From contig CAVSQB010000016.1 in assembly GCA_963729895.1 (NCBI GenBank), positions 64,001 to 128,000 of the forward strand: 64,000 nucleotides of DNA. The letters are read 5' to 3'. Position numbers and translations under genes: made by a program. The DNA comes from an uncultured Fibrobacterota bacterium. Lineage in GTDB: Bacteria; Fibrobacterota; Chitinivibrionia; Chitinivibrionales; FEN-1185. Of this stretch, positions 26,744-35,546 are shown piece by piece (within the stretch, counting starts at the first letter, position 1; the number at the start of each line of letters is the position of its first letter). The notes under the pieces are model-generated. The model ran no database searches. It saw only the letters and a list, made by a program, of their open reading frames with translations, and was not told where the DNA came from.

Positions 26744-28570
26744 GAGCCTGTAGAAAAAGTCCCTTTCCCGCCACTTTTACCTGAAATTCCGGTCTTTTTT
26801 CCTTATATTATTTGTAAACTCAGCAGGAAGGAAGGCCGATGGCCCGCTACAAAGAGTATTCCTACGAACAAGGCAAGCTTATCCCCATCACGTTTCGCGA
26901 GCAGATCATTCCGGGCAGTTTCGAGTTCGCGTTGAGCGAGATCGTGGATAATGTGCTGGACCTTTCTGTTTTCGAGGGCCGGTTTACCAACGACGAGACC
27001 GGTGCGCCCGCGTACGACCCGCGCGTGATGCTGAAGATTGTTCTCTACGCGTATTCCCGGGGCATCATGCACAGCCGGGACATAGCGCGCTGCTGCGAGG
27101 AGAACGTGATGTTCATGGCACTCTCGGCCGATACGAAGCCGCATTTTACGACGATTGCACATTTTATTTCGTCGATGCATGTGGAGATCACGCCGCTGTT
27201 CCGAGACATCCTGTTGTATTGCGCGGAGGAGGGATTGATCAGCCGGCAAATGTTTGCGATCGATGGCTGCAAGATGTCTTCGAACTGCGCCAAGGAGTGG
27301 AGCGGCACACTCGAGGATTTCGAGAAGCGGAAGAAGAAGATAGAGTACCAGGTTCGTTTTCTTTTGCGCAAGCACCGCGAGTGCGATGAGCGTGAACTTG
27401 GCGAGGACATACGGAAGAAGGAACGGAAGGCGATCAACCACCTTCGTTCGAAGGTGCGCAAGATCAACCGTTGGATGCGGAAAAACGAGGATAAGCGCGG
27501 GGCTAAGGGACAGGCGAAGAAGAGCAACATCACGGACAACGAGAGCGCGAAGATGCCGAGCTCACACGGCGTGATCCAGGGCTACAACGGCGCCGCGGCG
27601 GTTGATGAAAAGCGCCAGGTGATCGTTCATGCCGAGGCATTCAGCGAGGGGACGGACAACGCGCTTTTGAAGCCGATGATCGACGGTGTGCGGGAGAACT
27701 TTGAGGCCATAGGCGAGCCCGACATTTTTACTCAGGCGAAAGTGACTGCGGACAGCGGTTTTCATAGCGAAGCGAACATGCAGATGCTTGCGGAAGAAGG
27801 AGTGGACGGGTACGTTGCGGACAATAAATTCCGCAAGCGCGACCCGCAGTTTGCGGATGCGGACCGGCACAAAAATCCGATTGACCGCAACAAGACGCCG
27901 GTACGGTCAAAGCACTACTTTACCCCAAGTGATTTTATCCTGAATGAATCCGACGGCACGCTTACCTGCCCTGCAGGCAACAAGCTTTACGTGTTGAACA
28001 AGAACTATGTCGGGACGCGTGGCGAACACGGGATCGCCTATGCCGGGAGAAAAGCCGACTGCCTTGCATGTGAAATTCGGAAGAAATGTTTGCGGCTTGA
28101 CCATACGGAGCGCAGACAGGTGGTGAAGTTCGATCAATCCGGCCCACGATCAACGGGGGCCTATACCAAACGGATGATCGAGAAATTCGACTCCGCCTTC
28201 GGCAGGTACATATACAGCAGGCGAATGGGCACGGTGGAACCGGTGTTCGCCAACATCTGCCGGACGCTCGGCCTCGATAGGATTACCGTGCGCACCAGGA
28301 CAAAGGCCGATACGCAATGGAAGCTGTACTCGATGGTGCACAACATTTTCAAGATTTACCGGTTCGGGCCTTCCTATGGGCATTAGCAAGAGCCCGGGGG
28401 CCGGCTTGTCCCTCACTATAGGGCGCACAAGGCCTCAGATTCACCTAAAAACGCCACTCGCCCCACAATTCTGAACCTGCATTCTTACCTTTCCGCACAA
28501 AGCGCGAATTGACTTGACAGAGAACAAGGGAAATCCGATTTTATTGAAAACAGGGTTTTTCTACAGGCTC
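26744..28570 (+). mobile_element. IS1182-family insertion sequence
   Basis: Perfect 15-bp IRs GAGCCTGTAGAAAAA (26744-26758) and TTTTTCTACAGGCTC (28556-28570); GTT duplicated at 26741-26743 and 28571-28573. Confidence 0.93.
26839..28386 (+). CDS. IS1182-family transposase
   Basis: GAPAYDPRVMLKIVLYAY, IDG, TDNES, ADSGF, CPAG/CxxC..C and RRMGTVEPVFANI. Confidence 0.93.
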   Translation: MARYKEYSYEQGKLIPITFREQIIPGSFEFALSEIVDNVLDLSVFEGRFTNDETGAPAYDPRVMLKIVLYAYSRGIMHSRDIARCCEENVMFMALSADTKPHFTTIAHFISSMHVEITPLFRDILLYCAEEGLISRQMFAIDGCKMSSNCAKEWSGTLEDFEKRKKKIEYQVRFLLRKHRECDERELGEDIRKKERKAINHLRSKVRKINRWMRKNEDKRGAKGQAKKSNITDNESAKMPSSHGVIQGYNGAAAVDEKRQVIVHAEAFSEGTDNALLKPMIDGVRENFEAIGEPDIFTQAKVTADSGFHSEANMQMLAEEGVDGYVADNKFRKRDPQFADADRHKNPIDRNKTPVRSKHYFTPSDFILNESDGTLTCPAGNKLYVLNKNYVGTRGEHGIAYAGRKADCLACEIRKKCLRLDHTERRQVVKFDQSGPRSTGAYTKRMIEKFDSAFGRYIYSRRMGTVEPVFANICRTLGLDRITVRTRTKADTQWKLYSMVHNIFKIYRFGPSYGH

Positions 28571-28659
28571 GTTAGTTCTTTGCAAGAATTTCGGACAAGA
28601 TGTTAGACCGCTCATGATGCCGCGTCCGGTGCGCCGCCCGACCGGGCTCAAACAGCGTG

Positions 28660-29703
28660 TTATTTCACCGTCTCCACATCCAGAATCACAAACGTCCCCG
28701 GCTTCACCTGCGGCCTCGGCTTCTGATTGTCCGCCGTCGGCGCGGGAGCGGGCCCGAATTCGGCAGTGGGCAGGTACATATGGTGCGTCTTTTTGTCAAG
28801 CGCCATGGTCCTTGCACCCTTTTGCGTGGCAACGGTTTCAAGGACTTTGAAAGAACCATCGGCCTGCTCCTGCACAACGGTGAGCGTTCCATCACCGCAG
28901 GAAGCGTAGGCGCGCTTGAGCGAAGGGTCCCAGGCGGCTGCATCAACGTGATCGCCGATGGGCAGGGAAGCAAGCACTTTCCCGGCCTTTGCGTCCGCAA
29001 TAACCATCAGTTTGTTGCCGCACCCGATAAACAGCCTGTTCCCTGTAACGTCAAGCGCGAGCGCGCTGGGCCCTTCTCCGGGAGCAACCGCAAACTTTCT
29101 CGTCACTTTCATGGTTTTCGCGTCGATCACGTCCACCAGATTCTTGTCCTCGATATTGTCAAAGATGGATCCCTGCCCATCGGATGCCGGAAATTCCGGC
29201 TTGCCGTCGAGGGAAATCGTGGCGACCACTTTTTCGGATTTGGCGTCGATGACGGTTGCGTTTGACGTCTTCCCGTTGAACGTATAGACCGAATGGGAAA
29301 ACGCGTCGTATAGAATCGCATCGGGATTGAGTCCGGTGACCGGGATTTTCCCGAGTACCTTGAGAGTTGACAAATCAAAGACGGTCACCGATGAATCCTT
29401 GCCGTTGCTCGCAAAGCCTTTGCCAACGTCGTGCGCCACTGCGATTCCGTGCACGCCTTTTGTGTCGGGAATTGTGCCTATTGTCTTCCCGGACTTCGCA
29501 TCCACCACCTGGACCACGGTTCCATGGGAAACGAATAATCGACCAGTGGAATCGTCTGAAGTGATATAATCCCAGCCGCCGTCACCATCGACGTGAATCC
29601 TGGTGACAATCTTATAGCGGGAATCGGACGTCCGGGGCGCGTCTGCACAGGCGCCAACGAAGAAAACTGTCGAACAAGCAAGCATGATAAGCCACGTTTT
29701 CAT
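28660..29703 (-). CDS. YncE/YVTN-type beta-propeller exported protein
   Basis: Signal peptide; GGWDY, GVHGIA, NPDAILYD and GARTMALD. Confidence 0.85.
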   Translation of the reverse strand: MKTWLIMLACSTVFFVGACADAPRTSDSRYKIVTRIHVDGDGGWDYITSDDSTGRLFVSHGTVVQVVDAKSGKTIGTIPDTKGVHGIAVAHDVGKGFASNGKDSSVTVFDLSTLKVLGKIPVTGLNPDAILYDAFSHSVYTFNGKTSNATVIDAKSEKVVATISLDGKPEFPASDGQGSIFDNIEDKNLVDVIDAKTMKVTRKFAVAPGEGPSALALDVTGNRLFIGCGNKLMVIADAKAGKVLASLPIGDHVDAAAWDPSLKRAYASCGDGTLTVVQEQADGSFKVLETVATQKGARTMALDKKTHHMYLPTAEFGPAPAPTADNQKPRPQVKPGTFVILDVETVK

Positions 29704-29924
29704 GATTTCCTTTCCGCAGGATTTCCTGCTCTGTCTGGTTGGTTCCGGGATTCAGTCCGCATGGAAAATACTTCCGTCACAGTATCTTGCACCACGACGG
29801 AGGAATCGCCCCATTCACCTGTGCGCAAATGCGCCTTTGAGGAGACTTGAAAGGACCGGGCCTACATCCTCGCGGTTGTCGGCAAACTCTTTCGATTCAC
29901 GGAGGGAAGAATGTGACAAAGACG

Positions 29925-29954
29925 ATTTTACAGCAAGCACCCGCTTCTTGTCAA
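29925..29954 (-). promoter_or_regulatory. sigma70-type promoter
   Basis: Minus strand TTGACA-N18-TAAAAT, about 220 nt upstream of the YncE-like start. Confidence 0.5.
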
Positions 29955-30074
29955 GGCGGAAAATCAAAACGGCGACCGCTTTCTCCAACCAACCGCTATT
30001 TCTCCCGGCCCTTTTTCGGGGGAATTGACCCGCACGATTCATCGTCAAAGCAGCTGCGGCCACCATTGCACCCC

Positions 30075-30434
30075 CTACATCTGAAACGCAAGTACGCCGC
30101 GCCTGCGATCAATCCTCGAACGTGCGTACTGCGGGTACATCACGAACAGGTGCCCGGGATTGTCCCCGCCTTCAACGGGGATGTCCGCCGACACGGATTG
30201 ACTGTAACCTTCACTTTCGGCAATAAGGGAATACACTGCCGGCGCAACGTTGATAAGCACGAAATTGCCGTGATCGTCGGAGTAGGTACATTGGCCGGTC
30301 TCGCGGATCCACACCCTGCTGTGCCTGATGGCATTGCCGTCCATGTCGAGCACTTTGCCGCGCACATGCCCCAGGTTGGGGTCCATGCGCTGCCTTCTGG
30401 CGTTTTCGTCCGCTTCAAAAGTGAAACAAACCAT
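30075..30434 (-). CDS. small carboxypeptidase-regulatory-like (CarboxypepD_reg) domain protein
   Basis: GHVRGKVLDMDG...SDDHGNFVLINVAPAVYSL...EGY; AGGAGG 7 nt before ATG 30434. Confidence 0.7.
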   Translation of the reverse strand: MVCFTFEADENARRQRMDPNLGHVRGKVLDMDGNAIRHSRVWIRETGQCTYSDDHGNFVLINVAPAVYSLIAESEGYSQSVSADIPVEGGDNPGHLFVMYPQYARSRIDRRRGVLAFQM

Positions 30435-30484
30435 ACCATGTCCTCCTTTTCCTGGTTTTGTCGGTAATAAAATTACGCCGCACG

Positions 30485-30512
30485 GATTAGAAGTCACTGA
30501 GGGTATTGTTAG
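30485..30512 (-). promoter_or_regulatory. 11-bp-periodic tandem boxes
   Basis: Minus strand CTAACA-N5-CTCAGT-N5-CTAATC upstream of 30434. Confidence 0.55.
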
Positions 30513-30806
30513 AAATTCGTTTTGAAAGGCGATGAACCACTACGGGCAGGGGTCTCCGCGTAAATGCACTGGAATAACGCGCCTTGCCTGCGAACTGGCG
30601 GCGGTTTTCATTCCGCCCTTCATTGGAGAACCTCGTCCCGCGGGACGAGAAATCTTCCATCCCTTTGGAAAAAAACATGTCTATAGTCGCTCGCTATGGG
30701 ATTCATGCTCAGCGTCGCCATGGAAGGCGGGTGCTGTTTGTATTATTTTTGATGGAAGGAAGATGCTTCTGATGACGCACCTGGACAGTGTCACCCTGGG
30801 CCGAAC

Positions 30807-31826
30807 ATGAACTTCTTTTGCCGTCCCCCGCTTTTTTGTCTCTTCTTCTTTGTCATTCTGCCCTGTTCGGTCCCTGTGGCGGCCCAGGAACCGGGTCGGG
30901 CCCTGGAGCCGGTTCTTCTTGACGCCAAAAGCTACGTCGAGATCTTCACGCTTACGGCCATGCACGACGATCACACCTTTGTCCAGGTCCAGATGACCTT
31001 TACAAACCTGGGGCTAAAGAACAGGAACGCCGCCTGCAAGGCGCTTGTGCTTAACCCAGCCAAGAATCCCTGGAAAGCGAACGAGAAATTTAACCGAAAG
31101 CAATGGAGTTACTCGGAAGCCAAAGTCCCCACGCTGCGGGTGGGAACCAACACCCTGGTGGCACTTAAAGACAAGACCTGCCTCTTTGCGAACCTTGGCA
31201 CAAGCACGGTGAACATTTCCCTGCACGGAGTGCCTGCACCCATGGAAACGCCCAACATCGACTTCCCGAAAAACGCGTCCGGAAAATTCTATTCACACAC
31301 AATCATCGTTCCCTGGTCCCGGGTTGAAACGACGCTTGACGTACCCGGATTTCCCCGGGAAGAGCTGCATGGATTCGGCATGCTCGAACGGGCGCGATCC
31401 GTGGGGACGTCCAGGGACGTGTGCCGGGGATGGGTGACGTTCAGGGGATTTGATGGAGACAATTATTTTCTGGCCGACTTCCGGCTTCCGCCGAAGGAAA
31501 ATTCCCCCGCCACCGGCTGGATCTGGAAAGACGGGCAGCAAGAGCCCCGCGCCATGACCGGCCTGCGAATCGGGAGCGAATTCTCCCTAGTTGACGGGAA
31601 GAAAATAGAGGCCCCCGTCGTTTCTGCGCTCGATGCTTCCTTCAGGATTTCCGGCCGGGGCCTGCTGCGCGAGTATTCGTTTGTTGACGAACTCGGCGCC
31701 TTTACGGGAACACTGGTGAAGCTGGTGATTGGAAAACCCCTCGTCAGATATTACGACGCGAATGTCGAACTCTCCGGCGGAAAACAGGCGCTGCACGGCG
31801 TTTTGGAGCTGACGACGATCGAGTAA
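30807..31826 (+). CDS. secreted hypothetical protein, paralogue of 7234..8241
   Basis: Signal peptide; similar length (339 vs 335 aa) and colinear conserved blocks. Confidence 0.75.
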   Translation: MNFFCRPPLFCLFFFVILPCSVPVAAQEPGRALEPVLLDAKSYVEIFTLTAMHDDHTFVQVQMTFTNLGLKNRNAACKALVLNPAKNPWKANEKFNRKQWSYSEAKVPTLRVGTNTLVALKDKTCLFANLGTSTVNISLHGVPAPMETPNIDFPKNASGKFYSHTIIVPWSRVETTLDVPGFPREELHGFGMLERARSVGTSRDVCRGWVTFRGFDGDNYFLADFRLPPKENSPATGWIWKDGQQEPRAMTGLRIGSEFSLVDGKKIEAPVVSALDASFRISGRGLLREYSFVDELGAFTGTLVKLVIGKPLVRYYDANVELSGGKQALHGVLELTTIE

Positions 31827-31862
31827 CGATGGACACGATTCTTTCGAAAAAGTTGTTCTAAA

Positions 31863-34800
31863 ATGCTCAACCTTCACTTTGCCCCGTCCGCCGGCCTTCT
31901 GGTTCCCGAGCTGCTCAGCAGGATCCGTTCAGTCTGGACCGACCCCTTCCGGCCGCCCACGATCCTTGTTCCAAGCCCGGCAGTCGGCACATGGCTGCAC
32001 CTGCGCCTTGCGGATTGCGAAATTCCGGGGCTTCACGGGCGCTCCCATGCACTTGGGTGTACTGCCAACCTTGAGATGCTCACGCTGGAACGCTACCTGT
32101 GGAACGTCCTTGAGCCGGCAAAAAATATGCAGCGCATGGGTGTTGCGGTTATGCAGCAGATGATCTGCGCGTTGCTCAACTCCAGCCTGCTCAAAGAAAG
32201 CCTATACGCATCTGTCAACTACTACCTGAAGAAACCCGACACCACGGTTGACCCCTTCAAGCGGGTCCAGCTGGCATCAAAAATTGCTCGGCAGTTTCTG
32301 GAATATGAGTTCAACCGGCCGAGCGTATGGGATGACAAACGTCGCCAATGGAGGCTTGACGGCGTTGATGCAAAATGGCTCAAGGGTCAAACCTACTTCG
32401 GCGAAAATACCGAAACCGAGTTGTGGCAAAAGGACCTCTATTGCAGAATCCACGAATATCTCGACCGTGCCGGCCCTCGCGATAACGTCCGCTACATCTC
32501 CCTTCCGCACCTTTACAGGCTGCGGCGGGAAAAGGGCCTCGAAAACAACGCACAATGGACGGTTCCCCCCGACGATGTCTTTCTGTTCGGCGTATCCAAG
32601 GTCAGCCACTTTCACCGGAATACTCTGGTTGAGATTTCCCAGATGCCGGGCATCACCATGCACGTTTTTCTTCCAAATCCATGCGCCGAATTCTGGGAGG
32701 ATGTTGATACGCGGCGCAACCGTAGTAACCTTCGCCGCGCGTGGAAGCACGATTCGGGGAAGAAAGATGCAGGCATACCCGCCCGCAGCCGCGAAGATTA
32801 TGCGAAAGAGGAACTGAGCGAGATCGTACAACTGCCCCGCGACCATGCACTGCTCGAACTTTGGGGGAATGCGGGCAAGGCGAACATCTTTCTCTGGTGC
32901 GCGGACGCACAATGGAACTTTGAGTATTACGGCCCCGACTGGGTTGAAGAGGAAAAAGATCCGGATACGCTCCTCAAAGCCGTCCAGTATTCACTGCTGA
33001 GGTGCCAGAACGGACTCCAAGGCGGATGCAGGGCCGATGCATCTCTCCAGGTGCTTGCCTGCCCCGATCCCGCGCGCGAAGTTGAGGAGCTGCGGGAGCA
33101 GATACTTGACTTAGTGGAAACCGACGTGGTCCGGCATTTACATGAAATCGTTGTCTACCTTCCCGATCCTGGCGCCTATGGAGCGCAGATTCATCGCGTT
33201 TTCGGCTCCCTGAAGCCAAGCGACCCCGGTTACATTCCCTACTCGGTGCTGGGCGCGCCGGGAAGCGACAGCCTTTTTGCGCAAGGCATGAACACGTTGC
33301 TGGAAATCATCGGGGGGCGTTTCGACCGGGCCCACGTTTTCGCGCTGCTGCGCAACCCGATTGTTCAATCCACGCGGAAGATCTCTTCGGAGGATATTGT
33401 CGTATGGGAAGGATGGACGGAAGAGCTGGGCATCTTCCGCGGCTACAACCGCGAGCACCGAATCGAAATGGGAGACCGCGGGAAATCCGTCACCGACGCC
33501 CATACCTTCGAGCTTGCCATAGGGCGGCTGCTTATTGGCAATCTGGCCGCAGGCGAGGCCGATATGAGGTACCACCTGCACGCCGGAGACACGGAACGGA
33601 CAGTTTCACCGATCCCCGCGTTCCGCGATTTCGACACCTCTGACGCGAATCGCGTCGAAACCTTCTGCGGCACGGTGGAAGACCTCTACAATGACGGCGG
33701 CCTGCTGTTGGCGCAGGAGTCGTTGTCCGCGTCCGTAAACGTGATGACGCGCCTGGTGTGGGACTGGTTCGGCATTGTTCCGGAGGGAAGAACGGCGGCC
33801 ATGGCCGCCGAAGGCAGGGTGAGAAACGAGTTTCTCGAAGCGCTGCGTGCCATCATGGTGCAGGATGAGCTTGCCAAACGCGAAGAACCGGCCGGACTGC
33901 AGGAGTTCCTTGCCCTGGTGCGGGAATGCCTGCCCGAAGAACTTCCGGCCGGGTCCAAAGCATGGACCGGCGGCATCACCTTTGCGCCCCTTCGGCCGGC
34001 AATGATTGTTCCGCACAAGGTGATTTTCGCGCTGGGGCTTGACGCAACGGCATTTCCCGGCACCGGCGACAAATCCGGCTGGGACCTGCTGTCTCAAAAA
34101 CGTATTGTGGGAGATTCCGACCCGGTCCGAGACAACCGTTTCGCATTTTTGGAACTGCTGCATGCGGCACAGGAACGCCTTGTTCTTTCTTTTCGGGCCC
34201 GCAACATGCAGAAAGAGGAGGAACTGCAGCCTTCGAGCGTTGTTCTCGAACTCGAGTCCTATCTTAACAGTCAAGGCCTGAAGTCGAACACCGAAGGCCG
34301 CTGCCTGATAAGGCGGGACATACCGTGGATCGTCCGCGAGTCTCTGGAGGTACTAAACAAAACAGTGCGCCGGCGGGGAAGCTGGGACCTTCCCGAAGTG
34401 CGGCTTGCGCGCATCGAGCAGGAGGCCGGGGCACAGAAAGCGACCTACCGTTACGCGACCGCCTTCAAAACAACGGAGAATGCCGGGCGGGACCATCTCC
34501 GCACCACCGTGCGCGACCTCCGCACGTTCTTTGCCAACCCCCTTGAATACCACTTGTCAAAGACGCTCGGCATTGAATTGGATGAGCAGCCGGCCACCGC
34601 GGGGGCAACCGACGAACCCTTGCAATCGAGCCCGCTGGAAATGTCGGGTCTACAGAAAGCCATCTGGACGGAAGTGCTACGAACGGTTTTTCCGGACAAC
34701 GAAAAGGACGAGTGTATCGACGCCGGCGTGCTGGGAGAGAAGGCGGAGAAAATCGCACAGGAAGTTCATGCCCGTTACGTTGTGATGGGCGGCTCGCCGG

Positions 34801-35546
34801 AGGCACAACTTTGCATGATGGAGGAGCAGCTCCTGAGTACCTGGGCGAGGGATTGCGCGGATGCGACCTTGGGCATACGCAACACCTTCGGCACTCACAA
34901 ACTTTTGCAGAGCGTCGATGTAGCGCTCAAGCAGCCGGGAGCGACCGGTGAATTGACAGTCGGCATAGGATACGGGACGCAGTGCTCCGTGGAGTGCGGG
35001 CACCAGCTTGTGCTGGCGCCGCGTTGCGGGTCGGGGGAGATCGGCATTCTTGGCATCAAGAAAGAGGGGGAGGCAGCGGAAAATCCTGCTCTCTGGCTGA
35101 CGGGAGCCCTGCAATGGCTGGCGGACAAGAAAAACGGCAGGCAGCGGGTCATCCGGCTTGTCCAGTTGAACCGCGGGGGCGGAGAAAAGAAGAAGGCGGG
35201 ATCAACCTGCGCCAGAATGAAAGAACAGTGCGACGGCGGCCGCGATATTGAACAATGGCTCGGCGATTTGATCCGATCCATGCTTATAGGGCGGTCGTGC
35301 GACCATTTGCCTTTCGCAATAGTCCGGGAGCTGTGTACACTAGACGACGACAGGAATCTCGATGTGAAGGGATTGACCAGAAAGAACATCGAGGAACGGC
35401 TCTCGGGTGAACACAATCCCTATCATTGTTATCTGGAGGCCTTTGCCCTCGTTGATGCGCGCATCCCGGACGCACGCGATGAAGAACTGCAGCAGTGCGC
35501 GCGAGCCCGGTTCGCGCCGATGCTGGAGGGATGGATCCATGAGTAA
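31863..35546 (+). CDS. recC: exodeoxyribonuclease V gamma subunit
   Basis: 1227 aa; ILVPS, NPCAEFW, C..PAREVE, IPYSV, P.KVIFALGL and FFANP; first of three rec genes. Confidence 0.9.
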   Translation: MLNLHFAPSAGLLVPELLSRIRSVWTDPFRPPTILVPSPAVGTWLHLRLADCEIPGLHGRSHALGCTANLEMLTLERYLWNVLEPAKNMQRMGVAVMQQMICALLNSSLLKESLYASVNYYLKKPDTTVDPFKRVQLASKIARQFLEYEFNRPSVWDDKRRQWRLDGVDAKWLKGQTYFGENTETELWQKDLYCRIHEYLDRAGPRDNVRYISLPHLYRLRREKGLENNAQWTVPPDDVFLFGVSKVSHFHRNTLVEISQMPGITMHVFLPNPCAEFWEDVDTRRNRSNLRRAWKHDSGKKDAGIPARSREDYAKEELSEIVQLPRDHALLELWGNAGKANIFLWCADAQWNFEYYGPDWVEEEKDPDTLLKAVQYSLLRCQNGLQGGCRADASLQVLACPDPAREVEELREQILDLVETDVVRHLHEIVVYLPDPGAYGAQIHRVFGSLKPSDPGYIPYSVLGAPGSDSLFAQGMNTLLEIIGGRFDRAHVFALLRNPIVQSTRKISSEDIVVWEGWTEELGIFRGYNREHRIEMGDRGKSVTDAHTFELAIGRLLIGNLAAGEADMRYHLHAGDTERTVSPIPAFRDFDTSDANRVETFCGTVEDLYNDGGLLLAQESLSASVNVMTRLVWDWFGIVPEGRTAAMAAEGRVRNEFLEALRAIMVQDELAKREEPAGLQEFLALVRECLPEELPAGSKAWTGGITFAPLRPAMIVPHKVIFALGLDATAFPGTGDKSGWDLLSQKRIVGDSDPVRDNRFAFLELLHAAQERLVLSFRARNMQKEEELQPSSVVLELESYLNSQGLKSNTEGRCLIRRDIPWIVRESLEVLNKTVRRRGSWDLPEVRLARIEQEAGAQKATYRYATAFKTTENAGRDHLRTTVRDLRTFFANPLEYHLSKTLGIELDEQPATAGATDEPLQSSPLEMSGLQKAIWTEVLRTVFPDNEKDECIDAGVLGEKAEKIAQEVHARYVVMGGSPEAQLCMMEEQLLSTWARDCADATLGIRNTFGTHKLLQSVDVALKQPGATGELTVGIGYGTQCSVECGHQLVLAPRCGSGEIGILGIKKEGEAAENPALWLTGALQWLADKKNGRQRVIRLVQLNRGGGEKKKAGSTCARMKEQCDGGRDIEQWLGDLIRSMLIGRSCDHLPFAIVRELCTLDDDRNLDVKGLTRKNIEERLSGEHNPYHCYLEAFALVDARIPDARDEELQQCARARFAPMLEGWIHE

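Noticed and set aside
29860..29920. GGCAAACTC as a c-di-GMP-I riboswitch
   Set aside because: Wrong strand for the downstream gene, and the GAAA loop and GACGCAAA elements are missing.
30750..30785. CTGATGAC as a fluoride riboswitch
   Set aside because: The upstream GGNGAUGG stem and pseudoknot pairing were not found, and the gene context does not fit.
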